Positions 1 to 7,823 are shown, counted from the first letter of the stretch. The stretch: DNA of 11,050 nucleotides from an uncultured Erysipelotrichaceae bacterium (GCA_964457525.1 CAYWGS010000049.1:1-11050), one strand, 5' to 3'. The notes: generated from the letters alone by a model not told the origin. Made by a program: numbers and translations.

Positions 1-239
1 CTCTTATTCAAATAGATTGATTTCAATTGTGTATAAATAATATTAATGACAAAATTAATACCCAAGATAATAACCATTACCTTAGCCACATCAAACATAT
101 CATCCATTCTCTTCGCTAATCCATAATCCGTAATGAAACGCATTAGATAAACACTATAACCATTGATTGTTACAGAGACAATCATGACAATCGTTACTGC
201 AAACAACCATGGAATTGAACCATATTTTACTTTTTTCAT
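1..239 (-). CDS. ABC exporter half-transporter (permease/ATPase), N-terminal fragment running off the window; likely heterodimer partner of the upstream ABC gene
   Basis: This ORF is absent from the supplied track because it has no stop within the window. The minus-strand ATG at 239..237 overlaps the TGA stop of the 236..1840 gene (ATGA). A GGAGG lies 6 nt upstream, inside that gene's last codons (GGAGGCAAACGATGA). My hand translation is open to position 1: MKKVKYGSIPWLFAVTIVMIVSVTINGYSVYLMRFITDYGLAKRMDDMFDVAKVMVIILGINFVINIIYTQLKSIYLNK. It has hydrophobic helices typical of an ABC exporter TMD N-terminus. Confidence 0.6.
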   Translation of the reverse strand, partial: MKKVKYGSIPWLFAVTIVMIVSVTINGYSVYLMRFITDYGLAKRMDDMFDVAKVMVIILGINFVINIIYTQLKSIYLNK

Positions 240-1840
240 CGTTTGCCTCCTTTATCTAACGCAATAATCTTGTTAAATTTAGAAGATAAATAATCCACAT
301 GTCGATGTGTTACACAAATGATTGTTTTATCTAGATTAAATAAAGTTTCATAAATTCTTAGTGATGTTTCATCATCTAAACTTGCGGAAGGTTCATCCAC
401 AAATAAAATATCTCGATCATGATACAACTCACGAGCAATACTAATTCTCTGTCTTTGACCACCTGAAATATTTGTACCATCTTGTTCAAGAATATGGTCT
501 TCTTTTAATTCTAATGAGTCGATCCATTCATCAATCGCAGAATCTTCACAACATTTTCTAAACTTCTCCTCATCAAAGGGCATATTTAAAATAATGTTGT
601 TTCTGATTGAATCATTAAACATAAAATGATTTTGGCGAATATATCCTGTATGTTTTAAGAACTTATCACGATTAATCGACCTAAGTTCGTAATTATCTAA
701 TAGGATTTCACCTGAATAACTAGTTAGGTTCATGGATAAACAATCCAATAATGTCGTTTTACCCACACCAGAAGGCCCGGTAATAAGGATTTTGTCTTTT
801 GGTTTTATAACGAATGATAATTGATTAAGAATCGTTTTTTCACTATAACTGAAAGATAAGTCTCTCACTTCAAGCTTATCACTAAAACTAAACTCGTTTA
901 TACCACTCTCAGAAACTTCTGTCTTGGTAATTCGATTGAATATATCACGCGCTGCTTTAAATCGATTTACAAAACTAAACCCATTGATCATTCCCCAAAT
1001 TAGTTGCCCAATTAAGTTAAACACAATAATTAATGAAGATAAGGATAACTTATCTTGTATGAATAAATATGTCGCATAAATATATACAAGTGTTTGAAAA
1101 CTATTCGCAATCCAAGCGTTAATGTTGAATTGATACTCATCAATCTTAAATGCCTTCTTCTTAATATTCTCTAATTTAGATACGATATCGTGAAATGGTT
1201 GTCTAAAATTCGATTCAACTTGATAAAGCTTTATCACTTCAAGACCATTTAATATATTCGATAATTGAATCGTATACTCACCATTTGCCTCTTGTGTTAA
1301 TGCTTTGATATTACGTGTTGGTTTTTCATATACTCGAGTTACAATGAACAATAATGAACTCGCAAATAAGGTAATAAACGCCACGATTGGAGAAATAAAC
1401 ATTAAGATGATTATTCCAACAATAAAGGATCCAAAACTAAATACAATATTTAATATCGATAAGAAAAAGTCCTTCTCAAAAACATTTATGTCGGATACCA
1501 ATAACGCCATGTAATTCTCTTTAGCTTGAGAACGATAATCTTCTATAGATAAACTCATAATCTTCTCATAAGCTAAACATCGAACTTGTACCAAAACATC
1601 ACGCATAAAACCAATACGCATAAATCGAGATAACATTTGAATTGGAATAGGTCCAAATGCAAAAAGAATCATAAGTAAAATACGTGTTATGACTGTATTG
1701 ATATCATCCGCTTCAATGATTGAGAATACCATCGATAAAGCAAATGTAAATGCTAAACTATTAAATATCGTTAAGAATGCGCCAAATATATACTTGAAAA
1801 ATTGTTTGCGATTCTTAAGAAATAGAGAATTAATGGTCAT
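236..1840 (-). CDS. ABC transporter ATP-binding/permease protein (type IV exporter half-transporter, 534 aa)
   Basis: The N-terminal ~300 aa carry about six hydrophobic helices (e.g. FGAFLTIFNSLAFTFALSMVF, ILLMILFAFGPIPIQ, IVFSFGSFIVGIIILMFISPIVAFITLFASSLLF, LSSLIIVFNLIGQLIWGMINGF). The C-terminal NBD has Walker A GPSGVGKTT, a Q-loop (YIRQN), signature ISGGQRQR, Walker B ILFVDEPSASLD and an H-loop CVTHR. All motifs are canonical. The RBS is AAAGGA, 5 nt before the ATG at 1840. Confidence 0.9.
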   Translation of the reverse strand: MTINSLFLKNRKQFFKYIFGAFLTIFNSLAFTFALSMVFSIIEADDINTVITRILLMILFAFGPIPIQMLSRFMRIGFMRDVLVQVRCLAYEKIMSLSIEDYRSQAKENYMALLVSDINVFEKDFFLSILNIVFSFGSFIVGIIILMFISPIVAFITLFASSLLFIVTRVYEKPTRNIKALTQEANGEYTIQLSNILNGLEVIKLYQVESNFRQPFHDIVSKLENIKKKAFKIDEYQFNINAWIANSFQTLVYIYATYLFIQDKLSLSSLIIVFNLIGQLIWGMINGFSFVNRFKAARDIFNRITKTEVSESGINEFSFSDKLEVRDLSFSYSEKTILNQLSFVIKPKDKILITGPSGVGKTTLLDCLSMNLTSYSGEILLDNYELRSINRDKFLKHTGYIRQNHFMFNDSIRNNIILNMPFDEEKFRKCCEDSAIDEWIDSLELKEDHILEQDGTNISGGQRQRISIARELYHDRDILFVDEPSASLDDETSLRIYETLFNLDKTIICVTHRHVDYLSSKFNKIIALDKGGKR

Positions 1841-1873
1841 TGTAATCCTTTCTATACGAAGTCTATAATAATT

Positions 1874-1902
1874 ACTTTAACATTACATAGAGTTTTTGAC
1901 TA
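1874..1902 (-). promoter_or_regulatory. Candidate sigma-A promoter for the ABC exporter pair
   Basis: Read on the minus strand: TAGTCA (1902..1897), a 17-nt spacer, then TGTTAAAGT (extended -10, with TAAAGT at 1879..1874), about 34 nt before the ATG. An alternative of similar quality is TTGAAT (1954..1949), 17 nt, then AGTAAT. The assignment is therefore ambiguous. Confidence 0.25.
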
Positions 1903-1963
1903 ATAAAAATGGTTAAGTTATCTTAATTACTTAAATCATTGAAAAATCATTCAACAAATTAGA

Positions 1964-1996
1964 CAAAACGTAAAAAAGAGCTTAGAATTAAGCTCT
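1964..1996 (-). terminator. Rho-independent terminator ending the rex-to-pfp unit
   Basis: It starts 8 nt downstream of the pfp stop codon. A perfect 8-bp stem AGAGCTTA/TAAGCTCT (1977..1984 paired with 1989..1996) encloses a 4-nt loop. On the minus strand it is followed by TTTTTACGTTTTG. This is the only convincing stem plus T-tract in the window. Confidence 0.7.
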
Positions 1997-2003
1997 CTTT
2001 AAA

Positions 2004-3209
2004 CTATTTAAAATAGTATGGTTTAACAAATGCAGGTACACCATTCTTATAAGTAATAACTGGTTGACCTTGGATTAATGGACGCATGTAAGCAATCGCT
2101 TCATCTGTAACACCACGGTAGTTTGGTTTTGCCCACTCTATTGGGAAATTCTTAACATGATTTGCTACATTGCTTGCAGCAGTCGCAAAATACTCCACAT
2201 CATAAACTTCAGAATCTTTACGCTTGATACCAACCATTTGGCCAGTAAAGCTTGGATTAGCAGAACGCATGTGAGCACTCATACCTAATTTGAAGGATTC
2301 TTCAACATCCACTAAGGATTGTTCAGTCGCATGACAACGTTGTGCAGTACTTAAATCTTGAACTTTACAACGACTTGCAGTACCTGAACTTAAAATTAAA
2401 TCTTTAACTGCATTACCAGCACCACCTAATACTGCGTGACCGAAACCATCATTCTTCGCTTCACCAGCTGCTAAGTAAGTACCGTCTGCATAACGAGCAC
2501 CTTCAGAAACAACAACATAACATTTATTCTTTTCATCGATGCATTTCTTAACTTCAGCTAAGAATACTTCTTTGTTAAACGGACTTTCTGGCAAGATTAA
2601 TAGATCAACAACTCCACTTAAGCACGCAGAAGCAGCTAACCAACCTGCATCACGACCCATTGTTTCAAGAATAAAGACTTCTTGACGAGTATATACATTA
2701 ACATCTAACCAAGTTTGAAGCGCTGTAGTCGCAATGAACTTCGCTGCACTTGCATATCCAGGACAGTGATCCGTTACCATCAAATCATTATCAACTGTTT
2801 TTGGACATCCAACAAAACGACGATTTGTAATATTGTGAGCAGCTGCATATTCACTTAATGCATACACAGTATCCATGGAGTCATTTCCACCAATGTAGAA
2901 CATCGTGTCAATATCATACTTTTCTAACACAGCGAATAATTTTTCAAAATCCGCAACATTTGATCTTTTTAGTTTATAACGGCATGAGCCTAAAGCACTG
3001 GATGGAGTTTGACGAAGAATATAGTTTTCTTCTTCACTCATGTGAGTTAGGTCTACAAACTTTTCTTGTAGAATTCCTTCGATTCCGTTTAAACCACCAT
3101 AAACTGTCTTATAAATTGGATTAAGTTGGTTTGCCTTAACAACACCAGCTAATGTCGCATTAATGACGGAGGTAGGTCCACCACTTTGCGCTACGATACA
3201 ATTTCCCAT
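2004..3209 (-). CDS. pfp: 6-phosphofructokinase family enzyme, pyrophosphate-dependent type (diphosphate--fructose-6-phosphate 1-phosphotransferase), 401 aa from the corrected start
   Basis: PFK family motifs are present: N-terminal SGGPTSVINA (replacing the ATP-PFK GGDAPGMNA), IGGNDS, PKTVDNDL, ETMGRDAGWLA. The Asp in GGNDS and the Lys in PKT are the residues associated with PPi rather than ATP use. I moved the start from the track's 3257 to the ATG at 3209. That ATG has a strong RBS (AAAGGAGAAACAACTATG), begins the conserved MGNCIVAQSGG, and removes a 20-nt overlap with the upstream gene. Confidence 0.85.
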   Translation of the reverse strand: MGNCIVAQSGGPTSVINATLAGVVKANQLNPIYKTVYGGLNGIEGILQEKFVDLTHMSEEENYILRQTPSSALGSCRYKLKRSNVADFEKLFAVLEKYDIDTMFYIGGNDSMDTVYALSEYAAAHNITNRRFVGCPKTVDNDLMVTDHCPGYASAAKFIATTALQTWLDVNVYTRQEVFILETMGRDAGWLAASACLSGVVDLLILPESPFNKEVFLAEVKKCIDEKNKCYVVVSEGARYADGTYLAAGEAKNDGFGHAVLGGAGNAVKDLILSSGTASRCKVQDLSTAQRCHATEQSLVDVEESFKLGMSAHMRSANPSFTGQMVGIKRKDSEVYDVEYFATAASNVANHVKNFPIEWAKPNYRGVTDEAIAYMRPLIQGQPVITYKNGVPAFVKPYYFK

Positions 3210-3237
3210 AGTTGTTTCTCCTTTTTGAACGATACTA

Positions 3238-5112
3238 TTATAGCGTATCCGACTCACCTTGACTACTTTTGTTTAATAGTTCATGTAAGCTTTCCCATTC
3301 CTTCATGAGACGATTAATTTCGTTATGAATCTCATCAATTGATTCATCTAAATCCTTCATATTTTGATAATCATGATAATAATGAGGATCAAATCGTTTC
3401 TCACGAGCAATTGCTAATTCTTCTTCTTTTAAAGCAATTGATTCTTCAAGCTTTTGAATTTGTTTATTTATTCGAGATGCGGATTGATTCGATTTAGAAT
3501 TCGATTTTACTTCTTTCTCATTTTTCTGAACAACTTCTACTTTATCAACAATAGGATCTCCTACTTGATAGTAATCTGCTTGTCCATTTTCAATACTAAG
3601 TATCCCTTTAGCCATCTTATTAACAAAATAACGATCATGCGATACAAATAGGATGGTTCCTTCATAATCACTTAAAGATTTCTCCAATGCTTCCTTGCCT
3701 AGAATATCCAAGTGATTGGTTGGTTCATCCAGAATCAATAGATTTGATCCCTTTAACATTAACTTAGCAAGGGCCAAACGAACCTTTTCACCACCAGATA
3801 AGACATTCACTTCTTTAAATACCTCATCTGAAGTAAATAAAAATGAACCAAGTACTGTTCGAATCTCAGTTTGAGTCATATCAGGATATGCATCCCATAA
3901 ATCCTCTAATATGGTTTGATTACTCTTATATTCGATTTGTTCCTGATCAAAATAACCGATATCAATTTGATGCCCAAATAAATACTCGCCACCCAATGCA
4001 GGAATCTTTCCAAGTAATGTCTTCAAGAGGGTTGATTTACCATGACCATTTGGTCCAACTACTGCACAATGATTGCCATGAATGAGTTCTAAATTAATCT
4101 TCGCAAGTCGTTCATGGTAACCGATTTCTAAGTCTTTAACGAGTAATACTTGTTTACCACCACGATTCTTCGCAAAGAAACGTGCTTTGAAATTTCGTTT
4201 ATCTTCCTTTGGCGCATCAATCTTTTCAAGCTTATCTAAATACTTTATTTTAGATTGAGCGAATTTAGCCTTATTTTTCTTGTATCTAAACTTCTCGATT
4301 AACGCTTCTAATCGTTCAATATCTTTCTGTTGGCGTTTAAATGCAGATAATTGCTTTTCTTGGTTTAATGCTTTTTGCGCTTGATAAGAAGCATAGTTTC
4401 CATGATAGGTTGTGAGTTCCCCATACTCCATTTCAACAATTGTCTTTGCGACATGATCAATAAACATACGGTCATGCGATACAAATACAAGAGCTTTTTC
4501 ATAATGATTTAGGTATGTTTCTAACCACTCAATCGTGCTCATATCTAAGTGATTGGTAGGTTCATCCAGTAACAAAATATCAGGTTTACTTAACAACAAG
4601 TAAACAAAGGCAAGACGAGTTTTTTGTCCACCAGAAAACTCACCTATCTTTCTTTTTAGATCCTCTTCTATAAATCCAAACTGAGTAAACATGGTCATCA
4701 TTTCTTGTTTATAGATATAACCACCAAGTCTCTCATATTCTTCACTCAGTGTAGAGAAAAGTTGAAGATTCTCATCTGTACTTGTATGTTTTAATATTTC
4801 AGCCAATTCAGCAATCTTCTTTTCAAGTACAAATAATGGTTGAAACAACTTTAAAAAGTAATCTTCCACAACCATTTCTTCATTATTAAAACTCGCTTGA
4901 GCTAAATAGCCAACCGTCATATCTTTTGGTTTGAATAAATCACCTTTATCTGATTCTAACTCCTGAGCTAAAATCTTTAATAAAGTTGTTTTGCCACAAC
5001 CATTCCGTCCAATAATCGCTATTTTATCGTTCGGTTTAATTTCAAAACTTAAATTTTCAAATAATACATCTGCACCAAATGACTTTGATGCACGAGATAA
5101 TTGTAAGGTCAT
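3238..5112 (-). CDS. ABC-F family ATPase (soluble, two NBDs, ribosome-associated translation factor class), YdiF/Uup-like with a C-terminal coiled-coil extension
   Basis: There is no TM segment. NBD1 has GRNGCGKTT, FSGGQKTRLAF, ILLLDEPTNHLD and VSHDR. A ~77-aa Lys/Arg-rich linker follows (QKDIERLEALIEKFRYKKNKAKFAQSKIKYLDKLEK). NBD2 has GPNGHGKST, LSGGEKVRLALA, LLILDEPTNHLD and VSHDR. The ~106-aa charged tail has heptad-like character. Neighbourhood with tsaEBD-rimI and rex parallels B. subtilis ydiF (from memory). Confidence 0.88.
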   Translation of the reverse strand: MTLQLSRASKSFGADVLFENLSFEIKPNDKIAIIGRNGCGKTTLLKILAQELESDKGDLFKPKDMTVGYLAQASFNNEEMVVEDYFLKLFQPLFVLEKKIAELAEILKHTSTDENLQLFSTLSEEYERLGGYIYKQEMMTMFTQFGFIEEDLKRKIGEFSGGQKTRLAFVYLLLSKPDILLLDEPTNHLDMSTIEWLETYLNHYEKALVFVSHDRMFIDHVAKTIVEMEYGELTTYHGNYASYQAQKALNQEKQLSAFKRQQKDIERLEALIEKFRYKKNKAKFAQSKIKYLDKLEKIDAPKEDKRNFKARFFAKNRGGKQVLLVKDLEIGYHERLAKINLELIHGNHCAVVGPNGHGKSTLLKTLLGKIPALGGEYLFGHQIDIGYFDQEQIEYKSNQTILEDLWDAYPDMTQTEIRTVLGSFLFTSDEVFKEVNVLSGGEKVRLALAKLMLKGSNLLILDEPTNHLDILGKEALEKSLSDYEGTILFVSHDRYFVNKMAKGILSIENGQADYYQVGDPIVDKVEVVQKNEKEVKSNSKSNQSASRINKQIQKLEESIALKEEELAIAREKRFDPHYYHDYQNMKDLDESIDEIHNEINRLMKEWESLHELLNKSSQGESDTL

Positions 5113-5113
5113 T

Positions 5114-6430
5114 TTATTCCATTCCTAAGTATTTTAAATACCCATTCGCTATATTGTTCACGATTGTATCAAAATCATTTTGATACACATTCACATCTAA
5201 TGGATTTGATATAAAGAACAATTCCAAACTTACAGATTGTATTCCCTTTCGTTCATTACTATTAAATTCACTATTCTGCTCAATCGCTAATTCAGAAATT
5301 GTGCCAGCTGAAAGAATTCGACCACCCGCTTCACGAATGACAGGATATGAATCTAGATTGTTGGTCCGACTCGATGATAAAACACCTGCAATATTCGTAC
5401 TGGTTTGTCTTCCATATGGAACTAAACCTGGTGTTGAAATATAAGATTTAAACAATGCGGTCGCAAAGCGATTGGATGAATAAGATGAGTAAATAACTCG
5501 ACTACCACGTGTATCTTCATTGGTCGTAAAGTTTAGATTCAACTCAATATAGTGTTTCACTTGAGCTTTGTATGCTCTATTAAGACGTCCTTCTATTCCA
5601 TATTGATTAATGACTGTATCTTCATTTTCTCTTGATAAAAGCACATGTAATCCTTTAGCTTCCAGTTTCCCTTTTACCGCAACAGCGACTTTATATAACT
5701 CATCTGCTTCTACTAGATTATTAACAGTTCTTCCTTTATCCACATAATTATAACTAATCGTATTATGAGCCGCATCAAGATAGACATCATAGATTTCTGG
5801 ATTATCTTGTTCATCTGATTGAGTGCTTATGTTTAAAAAGAAGTAATTATCTTCCATTATTGGAAGTGAATCATCCTTTTCTTTTAATAGATCTTTATCC
5901 GCAACTAAATCAATCTTTTTACTTAACCCATTTCGACGAACCGTATAGAATTCATCGTATAATTCACCACTGGTAACAAGTCGTTTTTCTTTTAATGAAT
6001 CGACTACAAAAATTTCATAAAATCCATCTGGTAAATTCTCTAAAGGAATTTGCTCATCAACATTCTTACCTAACATATAAACCCATTCACTGGAATCACA
6101 AATATTTCTTAGTTTGATTGTTTTCCCAATAAAATAATCCGCTTGATTGATATCATACGTCGCATTAAATATATTTAGTGTTTCACCATAGAATAAGTAA
6201 TCTTTTAACTCAATCTTTTCTTCATATTGAAGTTCATTTAGTACAGATTGTGTTTTTGTATAACTATAATCACAAACAACAAAACTCGGTGTATCAATCA
6301 ATAAATCTTTTGGAAAAAGTAAATTAAACAAGATATAGCCTACCAATAGTACAAGAATAAAAGACGGGATTATTACCCGCCACTTTAATCTTCTTCGACT
6401 TCTTGGGACAACTCTTGGTTGATAAACCAT
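5114..6430 (-). CDS. Membrane-anchored protein with a C-terminal divergent N-acetylmuramoyl-L-alanine amidase (Amidase_3)-like domain and an unassigned ectodomain
   Basis: A strong RBS directly follows the asnS stop (TAAGGAGGTTTAAATG). A basic N-terminus (PRSRRRLKWR) precedes one TM helix (VIIPSFILVLLVGYILFNLLF). The C-terminal ~225 aa follow the Amidase_3 pattern: VYLDAAH (cf. IDPGHGG), LVEADELYKVAVAV...LEAKG..V.LSR, YIELNLN (cf. SIHAN), PVIRE, and SLELFFISNP (cf. LVELGFISN). The CDS itself is confident. The functional call is moderate because the motifs are degenerate. Confidence 0.55.
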   Translation of the reverse strand: MVYQPRVVPRSRRRLKWRVIIPSFILVLLVGYILFNLLFPKDLLIDTPSFVVCDYSYTKTQSVLNELQYEEKIELKDYLFYGETLNIFNATYDINQADYFIGKTIKLRNICDSSEWVYMLGKNVDEQIPLENLPDGFYEIFVVDSLKEKRLVTSGELYDEFYTVRRNGLSKKIDLVADKDLLKEKDDSLPIMEDNYFFLNISTQSDEQDNPEIYDVYLDAAHNTISYNYVDKGRTVNNLVEADELYKVAVAVKGKLEAKGLHVLLSRENEDTVINQYGIEGRLNRAYKAQVKHYIELNLNFTTNEDTRGSRVIYSSYSSNRFATALFKSYISTPGLVPYGRQTSTNIAGVLSSSRTNNLDSYPVIREAGGRILSAGTISELAIEQNSEFNSNERKGIQSVSLELFFISNPLDVNVYQNDFDTIVNNIANGYLKYLGME

Positions 6431-6440
6431 TTAAACCTCC

Positions 6441-7823
6441 TTAGTAATCTAGGTTCTTTGGTGTACGCGCAAAAGGTATAACATCACGAATATTTTGCAT
6501 TCCCGTAATGTACATTAAGAAACGCTCAAATCCTAATCCAAATCCTGCATGTTGGCATCCACCAAATCTACGTAAATCAAGATACCATTTTAAGCCTTCT
6601 TCATGAATATTCATTTCTTCCATACGCGTCTTTAAGAAATCATAACGTTCTTCACGTTGTGATCCCCCTACGAGTTCACCAATGGATGGTACAAGTAGGT
6701 CACATGCCGCAACGGTTTTTTGGTCTTCATTTAAACGCATATAGAATGCTTTAATATCTTTAGGATAATCTGTTAAGAAAACTGGACCCTTAACAATTTG
6801 TTCACAAATATAACGTTCATGTTCAGATTGTAAGTCTGTTCCCCATTCTACTGGAAATTCAAATTTAACAGGTGCTTTCTTTAAATGTTCAATCGCTTCT
6901 GTATAAGGCATGCGAACAAATGGTCTTTCAAGAACTAAGTTTAGTCTTTCGAGTAACGTTGTATCAATTCTTTCATTAAAGAATTTCATCTCTTCTTCAG
7001 CGTTTTCTAGAACATATTGAATACAACTCTTGACCATATCTTCAATTAAATTCATATCATCTTCTAAATCCGCAAATGCAATTTCAGGTTCAATCATCCA
7101 GAACTCACTTGCATGTCTTGCAGTATTACTATTTTCAGCTCTGAATGTTGGGCCGAAGGTATAGACATCTCTAAATGCTAAGGCATAGGCTTCAGCTTGT
7201 AACTGTCCTGACACCGTTAAGCTTGCTTTTTTACCAAAGAAGTCCTCTTCATAATTACCATCACTACGTGTTGTAACGTTGAATACTTCTCCTGCACCTT
7301 CCGCATCATTCCCTGTAATGATTGGGGCATGCACATAAACGAATCCTTGATTTTGGAAGAACTCATGAATAGCCATACTCAATACAGATCGAACTCTGAA
7401 TACCGCACTAAACGTATTCGTACGAGGACGTAAGTGTGCAATTTCTCTTAAATACTCAAAAGAGTGTTGTTTCTTCTGAAGTGGATAATCAGGCGCACAT
7501 GAACCTTCTAATGTAATTGAAGTAACTTCAACTTCAAAAGGTTGTTTCATTCCTGGTGTAAGTTTAAACTTACCAACAACCGTTAATGCTGTCCCAGTAA
7601 GATAATGACTCACTTCTTCAAAATTCTCTAATTCATTTGTATAAACAAGTTGGACATTTCTAAAATAAGTTCCATCATTGAGCTCAATAAATCCAACATT
7701 TTTATTACTACGATTTGTTCTTACCCAGCCTTGAATTTGAACAATATCCATTGATTCTATTTCAATAATAGAACCTTCTTTTACAATCTCATAACATTCT
7801 CTTACTGTCATTAATGCTTCCAT
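6441..7823 (-). CDS. asnS: Asparagine--tRNA ligase (class IIb aaRS)
   Basis: An N-terminal OB anticodon-binding region is present ([23 protein letters not shown]). Class II motif 2 is [21 protein letters not shown], which is diagnostic for Asn[10 protein letters not shown] and motif 3 [12 protein letters not shown] are also present. The RBS AGGAG overlaps the rex stop codon (TCTTAGGAGCAAACATG). Confidence 0.95.
   Translation of the reverse strand: MEALMTVRECYEIVKEGSIIEIESMDIVQIQGWVRTNRSNKNVGFIELNDGTYFRNVQLVYTNELENFEEVSHYLTGTALTVVGKFKLTPGMKQPFEVEVTSITLEGSCAPDYPLQKKQHSFEYLREIAHLRPRTNTFSAVFRVRSVLSMAIHEFFQNQGFVYVHAPIITGNDAEGAGEVFNVTTRSDGNYEEDFFGKKASLTVSGQLQAEAYALAFRDVYTFGPTFRAENSNTARHASEFWMIEPEIAFADLEDDMNLIEDMVKSCIQYVLENAEEEMKFFNERIDTTLLERLNLVLERPFVRMPYTEAIEHLKKAPVKFEFPVEWGTDLQSEHERYICEQIVKGPVFLTDYPKDIKAFYMRLNEDQKTVAACDLLVPSIGELVGGSQREERYDFLKTRMEEMNIHEEGLKWYLDLRRFGGCQHAGFGLGFERFLMYITGMQNIRDVIPFARTPKNLDY

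Noticed and set aside
1305-1514. Plus-strand 69-aa ORF from the track
   Set aside because: It lies entirely antisense to the well-supported ABC transporter CDS. It has no RBS and its composition is low-complexity and AT-driven. It looks like a shadow ORF.
2833-2854. TTGTGAG ... TTCAC pair inside the PFK gene
   Set aside because: The half-sites are 10 nt apart instead of 4, both are imperfect, and the site is intragenic. It is not a credible Rex box.
2858-3124. Plus-strand 88-aa ORF from the track
   Set aside because: It is antisense to the conserved core of the PFK gene, with no RBS and no recognisable motif. It looks like a shadow ORF.
3454-4085. Two plus-strand ORFs from the track (3454..3651 and 3843..4085)
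   Set aside because: Both are antisense to the ABC-F gene. They have Phe/Ile/Asn-rich translations typical of reverse-frame artefacts in AT-rich DNA, and no start-site signals.
6383-6400. Twin-arginine-like motif SRRRLK at the N-terminus of the amidase-like protein
   Set aside because: It only loosely fits S/T-R-R-x-F-L-K. The following 21-residue segment is very hydrophobic with no AxA-type cleavage site, which fits an uncleaved membrane anchor with a positive-inside cluster better than a Tat signal. No tat genes are in the window.
6796-6809. Palindrome ATTTGT-TC-ACAAAT inside asnS, superficially Rex half-site-like (TTCACAA)
   Set aside because: It is in the middle of a coding region, has the wrong architecture (6-bp arms, 2-nt spacer, no TGTGAA half), and is short enough to arise by chance.
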